Assembly (NCBI RefSeq): GCF_963506605.1
Contig: NC_083281.1
Coordinates: 86,986,001 to 87,050,000, forward strand
Length of the DNA stretch: 64,000 bases
Direction: 5' to 3'
Origin: Zootoca vivipara
Lineage: Eukaryota
The notes under the pieces were generated by a model that worked only from the letters and a program-made list of their open reading frames with translations, was not told the DNA's origin and ran no database searches. Positions 33,801-64,000 of the stretch are shown here, piece by piece (the first letter of the stretch is position 1; the number at the start of each line of letters is the position of its first letter). The position numbers and the translations under genes are program-made.

Positions 33801-36617
33801 ACTAAGGGTGTTACGGGTAATTTGGAAAGCTTATAAAAAGGGGAGCCATCCTTTGTTCGGAGCTTTTTTCTGCTTCTTCCGGATGGTAGTTTGAAGTCTT
33901 GTTGTGACAATAAAGATCAGGCCTGCAGACTGCTGTTTTGCTCCTATTAAATAGACAAAAAAAAGACAGGAGCAAATTTAAAGTAAATAGGAGACGAGGA
34001 GGAGAACTTTGCAAGAGAGTGGCACCACTTAGTCACTTTTGTTAATTCATCTCTTATTTTACATCACCTGGGGGTTGGGCCTCTTGAAGTGAACTAATTG
34101 GCAGATTTGGTAGTGGGACTGTCTCTCTCGGGTGGGCTCTCCTTCCTTGGAGGTTTTTAAGCAAAGGTTTGATGGTCATCTGTCATGGATGCTTTAGCCG
34201 AGATTCCTGCATTGCGGGGGTTGGACTAGATGACCCTCGGGGTCCCTTCCAGCTCTACGATTTGCGTGTGAACAGTTATTTCTTTGCCACGCTTAACTGG
34301 TGAGGAGGAACGGGAGATTCTTATGACACTTGGAACCAAAGGGCCTGTTGGTGAAGGGGCATGTAATTTCATAAACGTATTGTTTCAGTTAATTGGTTTG
34401 TTATAATGGTTTCGTGTATGTTGAGGGGGCGAAAAATATAATAGTGTACAGTATTGCAGTTGCCCCAGCACACTTCGTTCTACAACAGGTAATGTATAGG
34501 TAACTCGTAACTTGCGTGCATTTAATGGATGCACCTTCAGCTTTCTGTGCTTGGCCAAAATAATTTAAAAAAATTAAAAAGGCTTTGGCAATCCCACCTG
34601 CCAGTGGACCCAGTCTGTTTTGACTTTACATGCTGCTCCCAGAAAATAACCCCACTGTAAACTGAGAGCTGTCTGTTTTTTCTTATTCTTGAAAAACTAA
34701 TAAAAGAATAATTTCAAAAAATAGAGGAAGGGGAACCAGAGGGCAGGCTGGTTTGGGCAGAATTAATTTTAAACCTGTTCCGTTCTTGGGCCATTTATTT
34801 ATTTCTTAACGACCTGGTTACCTTCCACAGCCTTTCACCCAGCAAGAAATCATTGGTTTCACTATTGGATCTATTTCGTCTCTTCTCTACCTGCTTTCCC
34901 GGGTCCCACAGATCTACACAAATGTAAGTCGCACTCGGGAAAATGGCGCAGGGTCTGTTTCAGTAGCAGCGGCTCTTTCAGGCTGGCTTGGGAGGGAGGC
35001 TACTGTAGCTCAGTGGCAGAGCAACTGCTCTGCATGTCGAAGTTCCTGGGTTCAGTTCCCATTTGCATTTCCGGATAGGGCCGGGAGAGACAACCCTGGG
35101 TGGCTACTGCCAGTCAGAGAAGATTCAGAGCTAAATGGAGCAGCTGACTTTGCTTTTGTTTAAATGGGCCCTTTGAACCACGAGGACTAGAATTTTACTT
35201 TCTTTTCAGTAGGTGGCAGAGCACCCTGCTTTGCCGGCACGTGGTCTGAGGTTCCAACCCCAGTAGCCTCTCCAATCAAAAAGGGTTGGGCTGCTGGTGA
35301 GGGGAAAGGCCCTTCCCTGCCTTTGGCCCTGGAGAGCTGCTGCCAGTCAGAGTAGACTGTATGGGGCTCGATGGGTGAATAGTCTGACCTGATACAAAGC
35401 AGGCTTTGCTCATTTTCTCCAGTGGCTGCAGCTGGGTGGGAGAGAGATCACAAGTGGCCTTCAGGAGCTGAGCTCAGTTCGGCTGCTAAAAACAAACCTT
35501 TTGCACCTGGTAGATCTTAAGAACGCAAGTACAGCCTGGCTACTGGATCAGACCAATGGCTCATCTATTCCAGTTCTGACACCCAGGTGCCCCAAAGGGA
35601 AGCTCACAAGTGGGACCCAAGCCCATTGCTCTGGAGATTCCCTGCATCTGTCTGCACAATTCCAAACGCATCTGCATTGTGTGCCTTAGATATCCACAAT
35701 TGCACCCCATTCTTCCTGACTCTCTGATAATTGTAATTCCTCTTTACTTGCCCTGCAGTTCAAGAGGAAATCGACCGTCGGCATATCTTATTCTCTCTTC
35801 GCTCTGGTGATGCTGGGGAACACTTTGTACGGACTCAGCGTCCTGCTGAAAAACCCAGATCGGGGCCAAGCTGAAGGCAGCTACGTCATCCACCACCTCC
35901 CTTGGCTGATTGGCAGTTTGGGAGTCCTGGCTCTCGACATCATTGTATCCTTCCTCTCTCTGCCCCGTCACACCCCCACCCCCAGCCAGAGTTCAGCTTT
36001 TTTGTGTGTTTCTGCAGAGGCAAAATCCCGTGCAGAGATGAGAATTCTATAGACGATGCATCCTAGTGGTTAGAGCCATACATTTTAATTATTTACCCAG
36101 GGAATCAACTCTCTGCTTACTCAACAAAGCTTACCGAGTGATGTTGGGCCTAAGCTACCAAACAGGACTGCATGGGTAAAACTGGGATTGGGTCCACCTA
36201 TGCCAGCTGAGCTCAGCTCCTGGGAGGAAAGTGAGAGCAAGTGGCTCCACTCTGCTGCATCTTCTCTTCTGCTCCTCTGCCCTGTCTTCGTGCAAATCCA
36301 GAATTGTGACAACCTTACATTTTTATCTATATAGGAAGATATATGCTGCTGCCTTGATTGGGGGGGGGCAACACCACATTAAGTTGCAAGGGTCTTTTTT
36401 TTAAATAAAAGGATTACAGGAATCGAGATGGACCAATGGTAAAATCGAGAAGCACAAAATTAAAAACTAGAACGGGCTCTTCCTGTTGCAGAAACAGTCC
36501 TTAACTTCACCAATTCAGATTTCGTTTCAGTTCCTTGCCTACAATCGGAAGAGGCTACCGTCGCTTGAAGAGAGAGAGGCTCTCCTGGGTGGTCAAGAGG
36601 AACCTCCTGAGAGCTGA
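27836..36617 (+). CDS. SLC66A1: Lysosomal cationic amino acid transporter 1 (PQ-loop repeat-containing protein 2), about 308 aa
   Basis: Exons 27836-28008, 29541-29670, 30897-30984, 33239-33396, 34831-34923, 35759-35944 and 36519-36617. Motifs: NFSDCPNGSQWVWEIFHECAQDGWD, two PQ motifs (AFPQYY, SRVPQIY), GDSLNLIGSFLADQLPLQ and the C-terminal dileucine EREALL. AATAAA at 37162-37167. Confidence 0.95.
28434..28619. mobile_element. Penelope-like insertion with an inverted 5' part (148-bp palindrome)
   Basis: Arms 28434-28507 and 28508-28581 centred on GTGTGCA|TGCACAC, with flanking ATAATTTAAAAT duplicated (28427-28438 and 28620-28631). Confidence 0.8.
29740..30670 (+). mobile_element. CR1 3' fragment with a nested Tc1/mariner MITE (29825-30067) and a hAT MITE (about 30127-30254)
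   Basis: CR1 motifs [26 protein letters not shown], interrupted by TIR elements CAGTGGTACCTCTACTTAC and CAGGCATAGGCAAACTCC. Confidence 0.8.
30815..30888 (+). repeat. (TC)n microsatellite forming the polypyrimidine tract of SLC66A1 exon 30897-30984
   Basis: The repeat ends 6 nt before the AG at 30895-30896. Confidence 0.95.
31481..31895. mobile_element. Young GC-rich hAT-Charlie-type MITE
   Basis: TIRs CAGGGGTCCCCA/TGGGGACCCCTG, a perfect 8-bp TSD CTTTAGAG and internal inverted repeats. Confidence 0.88.
32202..32553 (+). mobile_element. Sauria SINE, full length, with a 63-bp TSD
   Basis: Consensus head and (CCTTTA)n tail. Flanks 32139-32201 and 32554-32616 are identical. Confidence 0.93.
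33512..33774. mobile_element. Tc1/mariner (Tigger-like) MITE
   Basis: TIRs CAGTGGTACCTCGCAAGAC/GTCTTGCGAGGTACCACTG with a TA TSD. Confidence 0.88.
35945..36518 (+). other. U12-type (minor spliceosome) intron of SLC66A1
   Basis: 5' site GTATCCTT, branch site TCCTTAAC at 36498-36505, AG at 36517-36518 and no long polypyrimidine tract. Confidence 0.88.
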
Positions 36618-37659
36618 CAGGCACGATTTTTAAGTGAGTGAAGATGCTGTGAAGGCCTTCTCCCTTCCTGTGGACTTTGGAGAGCATGCACCACAGCTAA
36701 TCTTCTTTTACTGTTGAACAGATCCTTCTCCAGGGCCTTTTCGGGGTTGGACTGACTACCTCTCAATGGACAATGTTTCTATTTAAAAGGGTGGGTGGGT
36801 GGGGGAATCAATCTAACAGGTTGTAAGCTGAGGAATGAAAATGGTGCTTTTTTTATTTTTAAGTGTCTTTGGAACTCAAGATGCACATAGCTCCCTTGCC
36901 ACAGTCACAATCCAAAATAAGGGAAAATGTAATTTAATGAGGAGGTTTGGATGGGATCAAAGGGAAATCACTGCAAGTGAGGGATTCAGTAAAGCTGCAT
37001 CTCTGGGCTTCAAAGAGTTATTTGCCTTCATAAACACAGTCACACGTGATTTCTGCCAAGACCCATCGAGGGTGAAGGACAGAGGTCTTGTTGTGTGGCA
37101 CACACACGTTGGGCATTCATTTTGAATAAGCGTTTTATTTGCACAGATGGATGAATATGAAAATAAACTTAACCCCCCTTTCTAATAATGTCTGGTTGCA
37201 TTGGGAGAAGACAAAACAGAACCGTGGACAGCCAACGGAGCTCAGTGTTGGAAGATTCGGGGCAGGTGAAATTCTTCACACCGCACATAGTTAAAAGGGT
37301 GGAACCTGCCCCCATAGGAGGCAGAACCAGCCACCAACTTGGATGACTTTGAGAGGATTGGACAAATTCATAGAGAAGAGGGCTATCCATGATGGAGGCA
37401 GCAGTGTTTCTGGATAGCAGTTGCTGGATACGGAGAGGGCTGCTGGCTTCTCATTGGTGCATCTGGTTGCCCACTGTGAAAACAGGATGCTGGACTAGAT
37501 GGGCCATTGGCAAGATCCAGCAGATCATTCTCTATATTGTTAATCTTGGCCACAATCTCACTCCTCTCTTCAGTGTTGATATTTGAACAGGATAGGTTTC
37601 CTGGGGGTGTTTTAGTCAGCCTAAACTCTGGAAAGATGAGGGTGTGCCCCCCCCACAAA

Positions 37660-38007
37660 AGGTAAAGGGACCCCTGATTGTTAGGTCCAGTTGTGAACAA
37701 CTCTGGGCTTGTGGCACTCATCTCGCGTTATTGGCCGAGGGAGCCGGCGAACAGCTTCCAGGTCATGTGGCCAGCATGACCAAGCCACTTCTGGCGAACC
37801 AGAGCAGCACACGGAAACGCCGTTTACCTTCCCGCTGTAGTGGTACCTATTTATCTACTTGCACTTTTGATATGCTTTCGAACTGCTAGGTGGGCAGGAG
37901 CTGGGACCGAGCAACGGGAGCTCACCCCGTCGCAGGGGTTCGAACCGCCGACCTTGTGATCAGCAAGCCCTAGGCTCTGTGGTTTAGACCACAGCACCAC
38001 CCGCGTC
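37660..38007 (-). mobile_element. Sauria SINE between SLC66A1 and CAPZB
   Basis: Reverse-complement match to the other copies in the window. Confidence 0.9.
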
Positions 38008-39521
38008 CATAACAAGCTGACTGCAAATATGATACTAGAAAACTCAGTGGTTGTGAATACAGAAGTAGGTGACATCTAGTACAACTCAAGCTAGCCCATC
38101 ACTCTTGTCAGGAAATACTTCGCTGCTTTAAAATGTAGGTAGGTAGCTTAATTCGAATTGAGGCTGGTTTGTGGAGGAAAACACCTCAAAACAGTAGGAA
38201 CTTTCTTCTCTCTCTTAACAGAGACCTCTCCTTCCCTCCCAGCACTACAATTCTCAGAGCTCCCGTGGGGAGGGACGGGCTGCTAAACCACTCTGGGAAC
38301 AGTGTGAATGTGGCCAGTCTCTCAACCTAGCCCAGTGTTTTTCAAATTTGGATCTCCAGCTGTTGTCGGACTACAACTCCCTGACCACTGGGTCCTGCTA
38401 GCTGGGGGACAATGGGAGTTATAGTCCAGTAACCTTTGGGGAGAGTGCAGGTTCCCTGACCATGCTAGACAGGCTATCCCACTGACTGACTTGTTACAAG
38501 CACCACCACATATCAGACAAACCCACTGTAAGGAACATGCAAAAAACGGCGAACTTCCCAACGCAAGTTTTCATATATTTTTTTGTGGTTTATTTTATTT
38601 TTTATTTTTAAGTATGGAGGCTCAAGTATAAGATGTAGATTCCGATTTAAGCATTACAAATAAAATAAAAATAACCGGGGAGGGGTGGGTTTAAAAAATT
38701 TTCTGCATTGCATTCCATAGAAATCAAAACAAGAGAAGGGATTTGGGGGCGGGGGGAGAGAGAAAGCACCTCACTGTCCCCATTAAGAAAGAACATCTTG
38801 CAGCCATCACCAACTCAGCAAAATTCCTCACAGCTCAAAAAGTCGGGGGGTGGGTGGGAGAGAGTTTACTTCAGCCTTCTGCACCCCCCCCCCGTACAGC
38901 CCCCCACCCCACCCCCACACATACATGGAACAATTTCTTTTCCAGTTTTTCGTTTTCCTCTTTCACACACCACAGTATATAATAAAGTTTTTTTGTTGTT
39001 TGTTTTGTTTTACATTTTTTACACCAATGTAACAAAAGATGAAAAGAAAAAAGCAGAGGGAGGGGAGGGGACGGAAGGAGGGGAAGGGAGTAAGACTAAC
39101 AGAATGGTCTGGTGATTTTATGCATATAGATGTCGGGGTGGGGGCCAGGAAAAAAAAACAGGGCAAAAAATTAACACCACCCCCTCCCGTGGATCTTTTT
39201 CTCTCTACAGAAATGTGCTCCGCAAAGTCTCGAGAATTTTTTAAAAAAATGGTGCAAATTAAGCCGAGAGAGAGACTGATGAAAGTTTATACAGCTTTAT
39301 TCATCTGGGGTGGGGTTAGGGAGGGGGGGGGGACTTGAGACAGCACTTTGTATGTGGCCATGATGTGATGGAGACGCAGACAGAAAAAAATAGTGGCAGG
39401 TGGGTGGTGGGGGGAGAGGAGAAAGGGAGAGGGGGAAAAGTTCTCTAAGAAAAAGGAATCTAATGAGAGCATGGCATGTCTCGTTAGCATCGTCAATGGA
39501 GCGGGTGTTTTTGTTTTCGTT

Positions 39522-60560
<21,039 letters not shown>

Positions 60561-63500
60561 CTATCTAGTTACTCATTTTGTAACAGAGCCCCTGCCCCAA
60601 GAAGCTTAGGGGTATATCTCACAGCACTCCTACTCAACGTAGACCCATTACCATTAATAGGCATGACAAACTTAGCTCCAGTGATTTCAATGGGTCTCCT
60701 CTGAATAGAATCTAGCTACATACCACCTAGACAATGTCAGGGATAGTCTATACGTGCAAGGAGTGTGGCAGAATGAACTGCACTATTTCAGATTGCAGGG
60801 TGAGGTCTGTGTCGCATTTCTGAAAGTCTCTCTACATTAAGAACTTGGGACCAGACTACCTGAAAGACTGTGTCTCCCCCTATAAACCTGCCCCGGTTCT
60901 AAGAGCCTTGGGTGAGCACGTTCTCCTGGTTCCAGCAACATCAGAGGCACGGCTGGTGGTGACAAGAGATGGCCTTTCCTGGGGCTGCTCCCATATTGTG
61001 GAAATTCCTCCCAAGAGAGGTCAGACTGGCTCCTTCTTTGTTATCCTTTCTCCAGCAGGCTAAGACCTTCCTGTTTAGACAGGCCTTTGGAAACTGAGGT
61101 GCAGATGATGTTGTCCCCTGTGCTGCTGTCAGGGCATACTGGATTTTAACTGCTGGCTCTAAGAGTGTTTTGAGGTATTGTAACTTATTATTTGTTAACT
61201 AGTTTAGCTTTTATAATGAAGCTTTACCATGTTGGAAGCTGTCCTGAATCCCAATTAGGGAGAAAGGCAGAATATCAAAAGATTACATAAAGGAACAAAT
61301 TCTTCCTAGCAATAGGAAATGAGGACAGCTGTCACAGAGGAATGTGGCAGAACCTCTCCCCCTGGTGAGATAAGTAAATTTGACACACAACACAACTGCA
61401 GTCCAAAGGAGTACACTGGCGCATGCCCACCTCAGCATTCTTCCACCTAATTCTCACCTCATTGCTTTGATTGTGCAGACCCTGCTTGATATTCGGATGG
61501 GTGTGCCATCTCTAGCAAAGGTCTCCGCAGATGTTTTGAACTGCCCCTCCCAACAGCTCTAGCAACCATGCAGCTGGTGCAGGGTGTCTAAGACAAAGGC
61601 TCTGCTAGCACAGCACAGTGGCACCTAACTTGCACGATTTCAGCCATTTGTGGCTGAAGGCAGGCTGCTCAAACCTGCACAAGTTAAAATCCAAACAAGG
61701 CAGAGAGCTTAAAAACTCTTTTGGTGCCAGATTGCTTTGAGTTATTTTAGCTGTTTTTCACGATGTCTTCTGTGTAGCAAAACTGTTTTCTCATGCTTTT
61801 GAGGGCCACCATAAGGCTATGACGAAAGGCAGACTATAAATATCCATAGCGATTTTTGTTTTAGGCAAAAAAGTGTGGACTAGCACCTTTGTAGCCTCAT
61901 TTGCAAGAAATGAGTAAAAATACACAAGAAATAAGAGCTTTGAAATTTCCATCACCTCTTGGGAGTTATGGTGGTGGAGAACTAACTTACTTCTTCCATT
62001 TAGGAACTCTCACCTACAGTATATCATTAGAATGTAAGAAGAGCCTGCTGGATCAGGCCAACAGACATCTAGTCCAGCATCCTGTTCTCACAGTGGCTGA
62101 ACAGTTGCCTGTGGAAAGCCAGCAAGCAAGACCTGAGCACAAGAACCCTGTCTCTTCCTGTGGTTTCCAACAACTGGCATTCAGAAGCATTGCTGCCCCT
62201 GACTGGGGAGGCAGAGCACAGGCATCATGGTTAGCAGCCGTTGACACCCTTACCCTCCAGTTCTGCAGCAGGTAAATGCTGAGCAAGTGCTCAAGGTTTC
62301 TGCCTCCAATGCAAACAATCTCCTTTCTCCCCCATCCCTCCAAGCCACTTTTAAGCAAGGTGGGTTTGATTTAATTGCGGTTAGATTTCTTCTGCAGAGC
62401 ACGAGGAATGGAATTTCAGAGCGAGAGCACACAGCCACGACTTAGCACTTTTCTGGCCTGCAGACCATGCACATCCCCAACCACCTCTAAAAAGGGGTTT
62501 TCTTTTTTTGGGGGGGGGAGAGAAAGTAAGAAAGATTGCTGGCTGCAGCAGTAATTTCATCCACGAGAAATTCATAACATTACTCCCTCAAATAATGTTT
62601 TCACAGCAGACAAGCCCTCAAAATGCATTTACGGGCTTAGATGGGAGGCTGTTTTGAAAGAAGGCAGCTGAAGCCTGGCTAAAAGCGATGGAGCTTCATG
62701 CAAGAGCAATGTTTCTGCTGCAGCCAACAGGTTCCGAGACGGTGCTGCTGGCATCAGCAGCTTCCCCCCATAAGGATCCTATTTAAGGAGAGCAACCAAA
62801 CACCAAGATAGGGATGTGCAGAGGAAAGCCGGAGGGGAGGGGGCTGGGAGTTTGGTCTTGTTTCGTTATTTTTTAAGAACGTTAGCTTGTGTTTGCTGGG
62901 CGACTCTGCCATTGGCGTCTCCCAGGTGGAAAGCGTGAACTGCTGCTCCCCACCAACCTTAGCAGCAGAGGTGAACTGGGCTGGTTAATTATTACTATTT
63001 ATTGCATTTATATCCCAACCTTTCCCCGTTTTTTTCTCCAAGGAGCTCAAGGCTGAGGGACACTGACAAGCCCCAAGATGATACCTCATGAGCTTCATGG
63101 CTGAGTGGGGATTCGAACCTTGGTCTCTCCCAGGTCTTAGTCTGACACTCCAACCACTGCACCACACCAGTTAACCCGTCTGTTCGTGGTAGCTGCAACC
63201 AGGCCTCAGACATTACGAGGGATCCACCATATAGGATTCTCTAGCTCAAAGAGCCATGCAACATCGTGTCAGAAGCTGCACTCAGCTGCCTAGGAAAAGT
63301 GATATAATGGGCAAGATCTCTTGAGATATGAGTAAGGGGCTCAAAGTACCCAAAGCTTCAAAAATACATAGCACATGCTACCAATTCATCATCCAGGGGG
63401 TTGCAAACCCTTCTGGACCCATCTGCAAACCAGAGAAATGTTCCCAGTGTTACCTGGAGTTGCCAGGCATTAAAACCAGGACATTTTATATGCAAAGCAG

Positions 63501-63571
63501 GAGCTCTGCTATTGAGGTATGACCCTTTCCTTACAAATGAAGACCCTAGTCCTTATGATTCTGAATCAAGG

Positions 63572-63895
63572 GCTGATTTCAACAGAAAAACTGGCGGTTC
63601 GAATCCCGGCGACGGGGTGAGCTCCCGTTGCTCGGTCCCAGCTCCTGCCAACCTAGCAGTTCGAAAGCATGTCAAAGTGCAAGTAGATAAATAGGTACTG
63701 CTCTGGCAGGAAGGTAAATGGCGTTTCCGTGCACTGCTCTGGTTTCGCCAGAAGCGGCTTAGTCATACTGGCCACGTGACCTGGAAAAACTGTCTGCAGA
63801 CAAACATCAGCCCCCTCGGCCAGTAAAGCGAGATGAGCCCCGCAACCCCAGAGTCATTCGTGACAGAACTTAAGTTTCAGGGGTCCTTTACCTTT
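63572..63895 (+). mobile_element. Sauria SINE (5'-degenerate)
   Basis: GGTTCGAATCCCGGCGACGGGGTGAGCTCCCG...GGGGTCCTTTACCTTT. Confidence 0.85.
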
Positions 63896-64000
63896 TTTTT
63901 TTAAACTTTATAGCTCTGCCACCCAGGTCATCTGGCTCATATTGTCCACAGTGACTAACAGTGGCTTTCCAGGGTTTTAGGCAGATGCTCTACCATTGAG

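Overview
Squamate (probably lacertid lizard) genomic DNA, judged from Sauria SINE, BovB, CR1, Penelope and hAT/Tc1 MITE content. It is syntenic with the human 1p36.13 block. Gene order: EMC1 (-, exons 1-3 only), MRTO4 (+, head-to-head with EMC1; last exon carries a cluster of 1-bp indels), AKR7A2-like aldo-keto reductase (-, 7 intact exons), SLC66A1/PQLC2 (+, complete, with a U12 last intron) and CAPZB (-, exons 4-10 including the alternative beta1/beta2 C-terminal exons). Main finding: an old partial tandem duplicate of AKR7A lies upstream of the intact gene. Its intron 1 is heavily diverged and its exon 2 is reduced to a short stub, yet its exon 1 is intact and almost identical to the gene's (probable gene conversion). 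It lacks the N-terminal presequence and has Met->Ile next to the catalytic Tyr, so it is a candidate alternative first exon mimicking the mammalian AKR7A2/AKR7A3 split. Other findings: a candidate poison microexon and two uORFs in SLC66A1, a Penelope minimal hammerhead ribozyme, a four-level nested transposon stack, and a SINE with a 63-bp target-site duplication. Exon boundaries were read by eye; homology calls rest on recalled protein sequences, not database searches.
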